In this document: piece by piece, positions 1 to 11,211 of the stretch
Layout of the letters: every line of letters begins with the position of its first letter
How positions within the stretch are numbered: position 1 is the stretch's first letter
Assembly: GCF_037042905.1 (NCBI RefSeq)
Contig: NC_087251.1
Span: forward strand, 13,518,001 to 13,582,000
Direction of reading: 5' to 3'
Length of the DNA: 64,000 bases
DNA from: Lytechinus pictus
Taxonomy: Eukaryota
Program-made: the position numbers and the translations under genes
Notes under the pieces: model-generated
Seen by the model: the letters and a program-made list of their open reading frames with translations, nothing else
Databases searched by the model: none
Told to the model about the DNA's origin: nothing

Positions 1-927
1 GAAATGACAGCATAACTTAGAAAGTATATGAACCTTCTTCATGAAACTTGGCCATGAGGTTAATGAAGTATTACTAAACATCCTGCCTGAGTTTCAGGTC
101 ACATGACCAAGGTCAAAGGTCATTTAGGGTCAATGAACTTAGACCATGTTGGGGGGAATCGACATCAAAATCTTAACCTAACGTTAAGTTTTTGAAATGT
201 CATAACTTAAAAAATATATGGACCTAGTTAATGAAACTTGGATATAAGCTTAATCAAGTATTACTGAACATCCTGCATGAGTTTTAAGTCACATGACCAA
301 GGTCAAAGGTCATTTAGGGTCAATGAACTTTGGCCATGTTGGGGGTATCTATTGAATTACCATCATAACTTTGAATGTTTATGGATCTGATTCATGAAAC
401 TTGGACATAAGAGTAATCAAGTATTACTGAACATCCTGTGCGAGTTTCAGGTCACATGATCAAGGTCAAAGGTCAATGAACTTCAGCCATGTTGGGGTTT
501 ATCTGTTGAATTACCATCTTAACTTTTAAAGTTTATGGATCTGATTCATGGAACTTGGACATAAGAGTAATCAAGTATCATTGACCATCCTGTGCGAGTT
601 TCAGGTCACATGACCAAAGTCAAAAGTCATTTAAGGTCATTGAACTTTGGCCATTTTGGAGGTAATTATTAGATTGCTGTCATAACTTTCAAAGTTTATA
701 GATATAGTTTATAAAATATGGATATTGGGGTAATCAAGTATCACTGACAAGTCTTAGGTCGCATGATCAAGGTCTAATGTAATTTATTGTCAATGAACGT
801 AGTATTGTATCATTATATGAATGGTGTTTTTTGTGAGTAATTATTTCATAGTAGTTTTCAAAATCAGCACTGCTGCTAAATTGAATCGCGCGATGCAGGT
901 GAGACTGCCAGAGGCGCTCCACTTGTT
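1..927 (+). mobile_element. Helentron-associated (HINE/DINE-1/Pearl-like) non-autonomous element, 5' end cut by window edge
   Basis: ~121-bp tandem units; 3' subTIR TGCAGGTGAGAC, then GCC-AGA-GGC mini-hairpin and ...CACTTGTT; same family as 18537, 50080 and 62780. Confidence 0.8.
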
Positions 928-934
928 TGTTGAA

Positions 935-1534
935 GGGATGGTCCAGGCTGGAGATATTTATATCTCAATAAATAAAGAAAAATTCACAAAGCAAAATGCT
1001 GAAAATTTGATCAAAATTGGATAACAAATAACAAAGTTATTGAATTTTAAAGATTTGCATTATTCCGGTGAAACAGTTCTAGGCATGTCTTTATGAATAT
1101 TCATTAGGTGGGCTGATGATTTCATACCCCCACTTGTTCTTTGTATTTTATTATATGAAATTAGGTTTATTCATTTTTTTTCTATCAAGAACTAAAACAA
1201 ATGGATTGACAACTGATTAAGTGTATTAGTTATTTATTGCCTCAACTTATTTCATCATAATGGAGACAAATCATTTACACATGCATGAAAAAATTAAACA
1301 ATTATGATTTCCTGTAATAACATTAGAAAAATGCTAGTGGGGATGTGACATATTAGCCCACCTAATGAATATTCATGACGATTTGCATATGACTGTTTTC
1401 ACAAAATATTGATAAACTTTAAAATTCAATAACTTCGTTATTTGTTATCCGATTTTGATAAAATTTTCAGCATTTTGCTCTGTGAATTTTACTTTATATA
1501 TTAAGATATAAATATTTTCAGCCCGGACCATCCC
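935..1534. mobile_element. Foldback MITE with ~200-bp imperfect terminal inverted repeats
   Basis: GGGATGGTCC(A/G)GGCTG...CAGCCCGGACCATCCC; 980-1110 is the imperfect reverse complement of 1350-1490; TSD degraded. Confidence 0.8.
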
Positions 1535-1629
1535 AATACCATCATAATGGGCCTGTAAAAGTCCAGGCACAAGAAAGAAAGAAAAAAAAAGAAACTGGCA
1601 TTCATACACACAGTGGCATACCGTGGGTC

Positions 1630-1656
1630 ATATATATATATGTGTGTGTGTGTGTG

Positions 1657-1687
<31 letters not shown>

Positions 1688-1953
1688 GTGTATATGTATA
1701 TATATATATATATATAAGCATCTTGGTTTTCCACGTATTGGCAATAATAAGACATCAGAAATAAGAAACAAATGACATTCACGAGTAATGCAAGTTTGCA
1801 ATGCCAACATGTTCTTTATTAACTTTCCAAATTTTTGGTAGAAGGTAGAAGGCAAACTTGCATTACTCGTGAATATTATGAATATTATCATTTGCTTCGC
1901 ATTTCTGATATCTTATTATTGCCAATACGTGGAAAACCAAGATGCTATATATA

Positions 1954-2033
<80 letters not shown>

Positions 2034-2052
2034 ATAATTATATATAATAATG

Positions 2053-2123
<71 letters not shown>

Positions 2124-2195
2124 TATATATATATATATATACATACATATATATATATATATTGTGTGTGAGGGTATATGATTATATATATATAT
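1630..2195. repeat. (TA)n/(TG)n microsatellite tracts flanking a foldback element
   Basis: (TA)n-rich runs at 1630-1716 and 1947-2195. Confidence 0.95.
1717..1946. mobile_element. Small foldback MITE embedded in (TA)n
   Basis: AGCATCTTGGTTTTCCACGTATTGGCAATAATAAGA...TCTTATTATTGCCAATACGTGGAAAACCAAGATGCT; arms ~80-90 bp. Confidence 0.8.
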
Positions 2196-2447
2196 TTCTG
2201 TATCTCCTTTCTCTCCCCTTCCCATCTCCCCTCTTCCCTCCCCCCCCCTCTCTCCCCCTCTCTCAGCCAATCAGAAAACACCATGTTGATGTATTATGTT
2301 TCTTATCTCTCCCTCTCTCTCTCTTTCTTTCAAGTGTAATAGTGTATTTGTTTGTGTTAAATACTCATACCATGGTTGGGTCCAGTGCTCATACCATGAA
2401 AAACCTGCCATTTTCTCTTTAAGTAGTGGACCTAGTACAATTGCCAA

Positions 2448-3161
2448 CAGAGGCGTCGATCCTGGGGGGGCAGGGGGGCGATCGCCCCACCCATGAAAAT
2501 ATTGGGGGGGCAAACATGTCGTTTTGCCCCCCCAATAATTCCGGATGTGCAAAAATAAAATAAGATTGTAATGTTCAGCAAGCGAGATTGGGATACACAA
2601 ATTGTCCTATATTTCAAATCGTGCTCAAAATGTCCGCTTTTGAGATTGGAATATAAAAATTTTCAGCTCGCGCTTCGCGCTCGCATCATTTCTGTAGCAA
2701 AAACCCATACTTTTCATGATTAAATACGTGAATAGAATGTCCCGTTTTCAGTTCTAAACCTCAAAAGAACTCCCACGTCGATTTGCAATAATCTTTTGTT
2801 GGATATATATCTTGGTTTTTTTTATCAAAAACGTCCATTAAACTAATTTTTTTCAGATCGAAATATCAAAATTTTCAGCTCGAGCTTCGCGCTCGCATCT
2901 ATTGTTCTTTTAGATACCAATCATTGGTATCAAAAATGCTTACAGTATCAAGCTTTCAGGTCAGAATATATAGAAATTTCAGCTCGCTCTCGGCACTCGC
3001 ATTATATCTGTTTTGTGAGATATGTATCCTCCTCATGAGTTACTACAAACAGTCCTTAACAGGTACGCTTTTCCTGTTTTAAGGTCAGTACATAAAAAAT
3101 TTCAGCTCGCGCTTCGCGCTCGCATTAATTTGTTGGTGAGATACGTGTCTGTATTTCATGA

Positions 3162-3197
<36 letters not shown>

Positions 3198-3305
3198 TAT
3201 GTGTGTGTGTGTGGGGGGGGGGGGGGGGGGTTGTACGATCGAGCGCCTTCGGAACGTTGTTCATGATTTTGCCCCCCCAATCTGAAAAATGGATCGACGC
3301 CCCTG
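2448..3305. mobile_element. hAT-like MITE with 8-bp TSD
   Basis: TIR CAG(A/G)GGCGTCGATCC / GGATCGACGCCCCTG; perfect TSD ATTGCCAA (2440-2447, 3306-3313); four internal TTTCAGCTCGCGCTTCGCGCTCGCAT-like repeats. Confidence 0.9.
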
Positions 3306-3421
3306 ATTGCCAATATTTTGAACGTTGTGTTATGTTATTGCTACTTTTCTTAAATAAAGAAATTATATCATGTTCAATACAAATATTTAGACCTCAAAAC
3401 AGGAATTTAAGCACTACAAAA

Positions 3422-3532
3422 ACTCATGCTTTATTTGTTTAATGAAACATGCATTCTAGCTTTTATATATATTTATATATATATTATTATTAAGCTAGGA
3501 TGCATGTTTCATTAAACAAATAAAGCATGAGT
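3422..3532. repeat. Near-perfect inverted repeat (~41-bp arms, AT spacer)
   Basis: ACTCATGCTTTATTTGTTTAATGAAACATGCATTCTAGCTT vs AAGCTAGGATGCATGTTTCATTAAACAAATAAAGCATGAGT, one mismatch. Confidence 0.9.
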
Positions 3533-4029
3533 GTTTGTATGTACATTGGTATCAAAACAGGACATTGTAGTGCCAAGATACAAACATTCTTCCTACTCCT
3601 ACCCCAAAAGCTCATTTAACTAATGAGGTGCATTTTCCCACATTTGGCTGGAAAAGGGAGAAAAAAGGAAAAAAAAATAGAAGGAATTGTTAGAGTTGTG
3701 TGTGTCATTGTGTGGGGGGGGGGGGGGGGATGTCACATGCCCTATCCCTCTACCCCCTTCATTGATCCACCACTGTGGTTTGAAATTCTTCAAGCATTAT
3801 TGTTGTCCTTTGCTGTGGGTCATTCGCTTTCACTTTCTCTTTTATTATGAAAGAAAATAAAGGTAAAGGCATGCAGACTAAAATTATCAGAACTTAAATA
3901 ATAATGAAAAAATAGGCGTACAAAATATAATTACTAGATGAAAGTAAGAAAAATAACATAAAAAAGATTCATGACTGCAAATTTTACCTTATTGCTTGCA
4001 ATTTTGCCATGCATGTTTGCATCTAAACA

Positions 4030-4770
4030 TTTTTATTTTAATTTTTTTTCTCTTCTTGTTTTCTGAATGGCAACCAGTCAAAACTATTTTCACCTTTCGT
4101 ACATATTTCCCCCAAATCGGATGTTCATGTATTACCTTTCTTTGCTTTTTTTCTTATTTTTTTCCTCATCCTTTTTTATTTTATTTTTTACTTTACTCTG
4201 CTTTCTTCTTTTTGTCTTTTCTTTTTATTTTCACCATTCGATTCCTTCTGTCTTTTCTTTCTTTGTCATATTTTAATTTTTTTCTTCTCTTTCTCTTAGT
4301 CTTAATAGCGACAATGTAAGTAATCTTTTTGCACTAAAACAAAACAAAACAACATACACAAATAGTAAAAAATTTAAATTGAAAAAAAAAGGTGGATTCT
4401 TCTTTTCTTTGTTCTTTTGTATTTTCTATTCATATCTTTTCAATTTTTTCTTCTCTGTCATTTTTCTATTTTTCTTTCCTTTTCCTTTGTTCTATTTTAT
4501 TGATTTCTTGTTTTCTCTTATTTCATTTCAATTTCTTTTCCATCTTTTCTTTTATTTCATTTTCTTTCTTTGCTGTTTTAATCCCGGTTTTAATGTTTCT
4601 TTCCTTTTCATTTTTTTATTTATTTTCTTTTAAGTCATTTTCTTTAGCAATTTATTTTTTATGTTAATTTTTCCCTTCCCACTTTTATTTCCTTTCTCCT
4701 CTACTCCCTATCTTTCCTTGTTCTTTTCCTTGAAAATCTTTGGTTTCTTCTCCATTTTCTTTTCTTTCTA
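4030..4770 (+). repeat. T/C-rich low-complexity tract
   Basis: Long pyrimidine-biased stretch; source of the Phe/Leu-rich spurious ORFs. Confidence 0.85.
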
Positions 4771-5086
4771 CAAATCTCTGGCGACAGTAGTCTAATCGCC
4801 ATTATTAAACCATGGAGCTACCAACAGAACATGAGATAGAACATAGTCAGAGATATCCTTTCTAAATTTTTTTATATGTACACGTAGTCTTTTACCAGTA
4901 ATTACAGCAACTATTATTTAAGCATTTGTAAATAAGGTAATGATCTTTTTTATAAATGGATATAAAGATTTAGCTTACATAATTTTGATAAAGGTTTGTA
5001 TTCTAAATTGATATTTAACCTAATTCTATTATGAAATGTTCTGAAAGTTCACATTAATAAAAACAAACGTTTACAATCAGGCTAGC

Positions 5087-5122
5087 GTTGTCAAGTTAAC
5101 TCAAGATGGCGGTCTAAACAAC
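5087..5122 (+). promoter_or_regulatory. Probable core promoter of the dynein gene: RFX X-box-like, YY1 and forkhead motifs
   Basis: GTTGTCAAGTTAAC (5087-5100) resembles the X-box GTTGCCATGGCAAC. CAAGATGGCGG (5102-5112) is the YY1 core. TAAACAA at ~5116. A locally CpG-rich patch follows (5100-5420). Confidence 0.55.
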
Positions 5123-5178
5123 GGTGAGCAAAAGCCGAAGCCGAAGTCGTTTTTTTTTTAGCGATCTTATTCTGAAAG
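5101..5178 (+). other. Probable non-coding exon 1 (5' UTR) of the dynein gene; start approximate
   Basis: Ends in a strong donor AAG|gtaagc at 5178/5179. The next acceptor is tttacag| at 10707, 54 nt before the ATG at 10762. Confidence 0.55.
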
Positions 5179-5564
5179 GTAAGCCCGTGTTTTTTTTTCA
5201 ATATGGCCAGAGTGGTAAATTATGTTTATTTTAATAGAAGTTGTGAGGAATTCGACGTCGAGTCAAAATAGGATCATGTAATTATGTGCGAGATCATCCT
5301 GCACTCAGTGTCGGTGAATTAACGGAACGGCAAAGCAAAGGACTATCGACCCGCACGTTCGGGGTAGCATGATGTCGATGATTGAAGACGTTCGATGGAA
5401 ACATTACTTGCGCCGCGCCAATTTATAATGGGGGGACCTAACTTAAAGCTACGCACTTTGTTTACAAACGATAAAAATTGTGCCAATTTTAATATTTTGA
5501 CAAATTATCTTTCACTAATTTGTGGCAAACATTCTAAAGCAAAGATCATAAACCAAGAAGAAAA

Positions 5565-6022
5565 TCCGGACACTTATGACTTAATATTTTTTACACCTGA
5601 ATTATTGAAACCTTCTTTTTTTCTCTTTGGATTACAATGAAAATATGAATTCAATATAGTTGTAATCATCTTCTAAGTTCTATTTTTGTTCTCTATAATA
5701 TTTCCTAACATTTTGCAATAAAAATTTATTATACTTCGCTTATGAATTTTTCCAAATGACTTTCTAAAATTGATCGTCCGGACACACAACCTGTCTGGAC
5801 ACACAACAACTGGGTAGGCCTATATAGTTTAGGATGGGGGGTCGGGTGTCCGGACACTTTATGTTTCTGAAGCCTTCTTTTTTGTCATTTGGATTACACT
5901 AAAAATATGAATTCAATAGTTGTAATCATCTCCTATTTTGTTCTCTATAATGTTTCCTAACATTTTGTACTAAAAATTGATGAAAATTCGCTTGTAAATT
6001 TTTCCAAATGACTTTCTAAAGT
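5565..6022 (+). repeat. Diverged ~180-200-bp direct duplication
   Basis: 5565-5770 and 5848-6022 share TCCGGACACTT, AAATATGAATTCAATA, GTTGTAATCATC and TTTCCAAATGACTTTCTAAA. Confidence 0.8.
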
Positions 6023-6207
6023 TATCATGCAAAAAATAGTATTTCCTGTGCCTCAATTCTTTAAATATCTTCATATTATTATAGGAAAATATGAAATTAA
6101 AGTGAATGTAACTCCAAAATTCCAAACAGTTGTGGGTTTTCTCTGCATTTAGAGATTAACTGCAGCCTCTGTAAAAATTGAATAGGAATCGTTCGTCACT
6201 CTGCACT

Positions 6208-6328
6208 CAGAAAGAAAGAAAGAATGAAAGAAAAGAAAGAAAAGAAAATAAAAGAAAAGAAAAGAAAAGAAAAGAAAAGAAAAGAAAAGAAAGAAAGAAA
6301 GAAAGAAAAAAAGAAAGAAAGGAAAAAA
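6208..6328 (+). repeat. (GAAA)n/(GAAAA)n microsatellite
   Basis: Direct reading. Confidence 0.95.
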
Positions 6329-6816
6329 GTTCAAACTTTAAGGAAACCAAAAAAAAATCAAATCATCTAACAAAAATCTTAATGATATTTGTTTTTTTTT
6401 AATATATTTTAAAAATTGTCAGAAAACTAAAATATTTTAGAAATGAATAAAATTTCAAAGTGAAACATTGTCAAACTTAAAAATTAGATGAAACATCACA
6501 CACAGGCATCTCTCCTCCCATTACAAGTTTGCACCGATCACAACAAGACTCGAAACGAAAGCTGAAACTACGAGATCTAGTGATGAAAACTCAGTAACTT
6601 GCTCCTCTGATTACATCACCAAATTAGTAATCTGAGAAAAAATAAATAATCATAAAAATTTCCCACCGATATTGTGATTATTTTGGTGGAAAAACTTATT
6701 ATCATGTGAGATTGTTTGCACCATTGAGAATCTGCACCGATCCTACATGCCTAGCTAGTAGCCTGCCACACACAGGCAGGAGGCCAGTGCAGGCCACTTG
6801 CATGCAGCAGCTAGTA

Positions 6817-8460
6817 GGGGAGATCGGGGTTAGTTGGAACGCGGGTAAGTTGAAACATTGTAATTTTCTTTAACGCCTTTAAATGAATTAATGCAATACT
6901 GCCCTCAATTTATTACTATTATCAACAGCCATCCACCATAATACAAACAACACATGTGCAACAAGCCTGGTGAAGTTAGAAAGGAATTTTTGTCTTTTTA
7001 CCTTCTGAGTAATTTTTTTCTCTTTCAGAAATGTTGTATTTCAGAAACGTTTATAGATCAAGTTGACCTGTTTGGGGGTATAATGGACAATTGTACCAAG
7101 CTACAAAATAAGGTTATTAATATGCCATGGTGAAGATAATTTTTTATGCTGTAAGCTTATAAATGTCAAATGGGCTTCTGGGGTTAGTTGGAACAAAATT
7201 GAAGGGGCTAGTTGGAACATGTTCCAACTTACCCAAAACATAATTATGAATAAAAACATTGGATATGAGAAAAAAATGTACACAGTATTTCACAATCTTC
7301 TGAACATGTATACTACCATGCTTGTTTTGTTTCTCAGTTGGGTCTGAGTGTGCATTTAAGGCCTATTGTAGGCCCCTAATGCAATATTAACCCTTATCAA
7401 ACTGGGAGGGGGAGTCAATTTGAGCCCCCCCCTGGACAAATTTCGTCACTACGCCGGCGTGCAAAATTTTTCGACCGCACCGCTCGCTGACTTTTTACTT
7501 TAAAGTCTTGCGCATCTTTTGAGAGCAAATTTGCAATGCCTGGGTGCGCAGTTTAAAAATTATGCAACATTTTGTACGTGCATGTCGGACCCAAAATTGC
7601 TCAAAAACGTGATTCCTTGTACAAGGTCAATGATTATTTTTACTTTTGTTGGTTCAAATGGATTTATTTTATGCTATTTATGATCCCAAAATAGTCCCCA
7701 ACAAAGTTCATCGGTAAAACAATAAAAAACAAATGTTCGAAAAAACAAAGAAATACAAATTAAAAAAACAAAAAATACATAAGAAATTATATTTTTTGCA
7801 ATTGTTTGTGGATATTTGTTATAAAGGTAAAAATTGATACTCTCACCAAAAATTAGCATTCTACTAGCTTAATAAATAGAGTTAAAGGCAAAAACATACA
7901 AAAAAATATACAAATTTAGGGCAAATTTCATATGCTTATTTGCATAATTAATTAATTAAAAAATATAAACAATTAATTTTTGTCATGTAAATTTGATGCA
8001 GAAGTACATGAAATTGCTGATAGTATACTTAATTGCATGTAAAATCAAACACACAAATAAGTGGGATTCTACTACATAGTCGGCTTCCGTGAGTGGCTAT
8101 ATAATAGAACACATAAAGTTCAACATATCCACTTTTAATATTTTGAACTTGAAATAAATAAAGCAAATAGGCTAAAACCATGTAATAATACGGTTGTAAG
8201 TAGTTTTTAAAAGTATAATTCTTAATTTACCATGCAGTGTTCCAACATACCCTGTATCGGGGTAAGTTGAAACGCTTGCGATGGTCTTGTTCAAGGTGGA
8301 TTTTTTCAGTAACCATCATAGAGTTAAACATTTTATGGGGTACATTTGAAGCCCTTAGATATATGCTTCAAGCTGATATATTGATTGTATCTCAAATAAA
8401 ATCTATTTGGATTTTACAGCCATTTTTGTCAAAAATGTTCCAACTAACCCTGATCTCCCC
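6817..8460. mobile_element. TA-TSD non-autonomous DNA transposon containing a nested piggyBac-like fragment
   Basis: 24-bp TIR GGGGAGATCGGGGTTAGTTGGAAC / GTTCCAACTAACCCTGATCTCCCC (one mismatch), TA on both sides; subterminal GG(T/C)TAGTTGGAAC and GGGTAAGTTGAAAC copies. Confidence 0.85.
7391..7990 (+). mobile_element. piggyBac-like MITE fragment (3' truncated; end approximate)
   Basis: Begins TTAA|CCC; body colinear with 24184-24780 (CGCTCGCTGACTTTTTA, GTGCATGTC.GACC, GCATAATTAATTAATTAAA). Confidence 0.75.
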
Positions 8461-8991
8461 TACATGTACATGTACGTATGCTGACTTTGCATGTGTGTGT
8501 GTTTGTGCGTAGAAAGCCGTAAATCAAAGAAAATACATACGTAACTATTTGTTTGCAATATTGGATGGTAGCAAGAAAATCACTGCAGAACTTGCAAAAG
8601 TTTACAGTAATCGATTTTATTATTGTCTCTGCTTCGTCATCTGTTGATTATTTGATGAAAATTCTTTTTTTTTCTATGTTCTTATTATATTTTGTTCAAT
8701 ATTGTGAAATACACTTGTACAAGACAAATAAGCTTCCCAGGAAGGGGTTGTCTGGACGCCGGAACAAAGGAGCAAAATACAGGACGATCACGGGAAATAC
8801 AGGATGTCTGGTCACCCTGGGCACAATGCTAGACTGATAAATAGGTTTATTTCTGTCAGGAATATGCTCCGCTCAGATTTCGTCTGGCTCCGCGGCATCC
8901 CCTCCGTCAATAGACCGATGATGGCCATTGGGCTCGTAATGGTGGAGCAAACAACCGCTGCTTTATTAAGTTACTAGAGTCTACAGCGTCT

Positions 8992-9493
8992 ATGGCATGC
9001 TGGAGAAAGGGTACGCTTTTGCACCCTCCTCGATTACTCCTAAATTTTGCTTTTTGATGGGGTAAAAGTGAAGAAATAATAAAGATAAATTTATATTAAA
9101 TACATTCAGCTTACCATCACCTTTCCGAAAAATATGCCGGAAAATAGTGAATTTTGATGACAAACAGGTCAGGATCAGCCAGGGCCAGGTTCTTCCTCGA
9201 TCACTTGATCGCCGTCGATATCAGCGCAGCTACAGCTGAGCGTACGAACGTGACAGCCAATCCGCTGGCGCGTCCATATGCTCAGCTGTAGCTGATGGCA
9301 ATCGAAGAAGAACCTGGCTGATCCCGATCTGTTTGTCGTAAAAATTCGCTATTTTTCAGAAAGGTGGCAAGCTGATTGTATTTGATATAAATTTATCTTT
9401 ATTATTTCTTACTTTTCCCCCATCATAAAGCAATATTTAGGAGTAGTTTAATCGAGGAGGGTGCAAAAGCGTACCCTTTCTCCAGCATGCCAT
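8992..9493. mobile_element. ~500-bp foldback (palindromic) element
   Basis: ATGGCATGCTGGAGAAAGGGTACGCTTTTGCACCCTCCTCGATTA is mirrored at 9449-9493; pairing continues to a short loop near 9255-9262. Confidence 0.85.
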
Positions 9494-10761
9494 GCCAGCA
9501 TGTCCTAAGTTTTAATACACAGACGGATGTCTACCATTGGTACCTCAGGCTTAGGTAGGCATGGCCATAGCGCGCTCTCGCGGATGTGCACAAAATTTGT
9601 AGGCGCATCTGTTTGCTTGCCAACGCGCTGATGCCAATATCGTTGCGTATCGCTAACGTTAAAGTCTATGGCAGGACGGAAGAAATAAGAATTCTCCATT
9701 TCATCCTCTGTGTTTGTACAGTGCATACATGTATGGCGGCATCGTAACTGGTTAGATTTTAGCTAGATTTTGATAGCAAATTTAGCTTCGAAATCCAACG
9801 TAATCCACTCAAAAGAAGCTCAAAGCTATCAATGATTCAGAGAATCCGATACCTCATTTTACGTTTCACCACATTTTTTTGCATTTTATAAATTTTTGGT
9901 GCGAATTGGTCCAAATTTATGGATCGTTTTCAAAACTTGAATTGATGAAGTTTTGATGTGTGGCCGTATGAGACCTGTGCAGGGCATCGCCCTATGCATA
10001 CTGAAGTCATAGATATAGGCTTGCATGATGAAGTTCATGGATTTTCATGGATTTTCGCTGACGCGCGGCGGGATGTTTACACACCAAACATGTATATTAT
10101 GTCATTTACGTGCGTGCGCACATCCGTGTAATGTAAGCTTAACGAGGTACCATTTCTTTTACCGGTATGTATTTTTGGCACATGAACATGATATATTTGG
10201 CTACTTTTTCAGAAGTTATATGGAATTTCTGTAACTTTTAAGTAATCTTATTATTTTTATGTGTTTTTTTAATGACAAATTAAGAGCTTTCTAAATTTTG
10301 TTGTCCTACCTAGCTCAGGTGATGGTTCGTGAAGGCTCCACTACTTTTCACTACTGCTACACTTAGCTACACCTACCCAAACCAAAAATAGCAAAACGAT
10401 CCTGATCTAAAGGCTGTTTCAGTCTGCTCTGGCTATGATTTATTGTTGAGTTGATTCTTTTGCTATGCAGAATACATGGTCTAGGGATGATCTCTAGAAG
10501 ATCCATTAATGTAGATAAAAGAGAAGTCAAAGATAAAGACAGAGTGAAGACCAAGGGTTCTGATAAAAATATTTAGCCATATATGAAAAAGAAAATAAAA
10601 TTGAGGGGGGAATGCCCCCTTAAGGGCCATGTATATGTAAAATCCTGGAAATACTTCTGATTTATTATTTAGAAATTATAAAAGCAATTTTTGAAATCCC
10701 TTTACAGGAATGTGATGCAATTTTCTAAAAATGAAGAGAGAAGACTAGTCAGCAAAGCACA

Positions 10762-11211
10762 ATGGCATCGTTGAATTATACCTCCTCCTATGATGACACA
10801 AGCGATGATTCCCAATCTCCTCTGAAAGGCAGGAGTTCCCGTGAAGAAAGCCCTCAGTCTCAGGGAGAACTTATCATAGTGTCGGAGACCGATGCCAGGA
10901 GCTCCAAGAGTGCTCCTGCAGCCTTGCAGACTGGCTCCTTGGATGACTACTCCCTACTGCTCCAGGAGCACAATCTATCCTCACCTCAAAAGCCGGTCAC
11001 CCCTACCACACCTGTCACCAAGCCCACCACGAAGCAGAAGACAGTGCACTTTGAGACAGAACCAGAGTTCTTTGAGCCAACCTCAAGGGCCAGGAAGAAA
11101 AGTCTGGATCTGAAAGCAAGGCTGTATGATAGGCCGCAGGATGCTCAGGTGTTCCAGACAATGAGACAAGGCCAACAGAATGGCCATACTAATGCTCTCA
11201 AAAATAAACAG
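10762..11211 (+). CDS. DNAH14: Dynein heavy chain coding exon 1 (exon starts at 10708; low-complexity N-terminal extension)
   Basis: MASLNYTSS...ALKNKQ|gtatat, phase 0. Confidence 0.8.

Noticed and set aside
1..830. Regularly spaced repeats resembling a CRISPR array (also 50170-50960)
   Set aside because: Whole ~121-bp units are homologous with no unique spacers, the context is eukaryotic, and there are no cas genes; these are TE-internal tandem repeats.
1501..2422. YI-repeat ORFs on both strands
   Set aside because: Translations of (TA)n microsatellite and a palindrome.
3996..4667. Phe/Leu-rich 'membrane protein' ORFs
   Set aside because: Artefact of a T-rich low-complexity tract.
6149..6402. 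Lys/Glu/Arg-rich ORF and its antisense
   Set aside because: (GAAA)n microsatellite.
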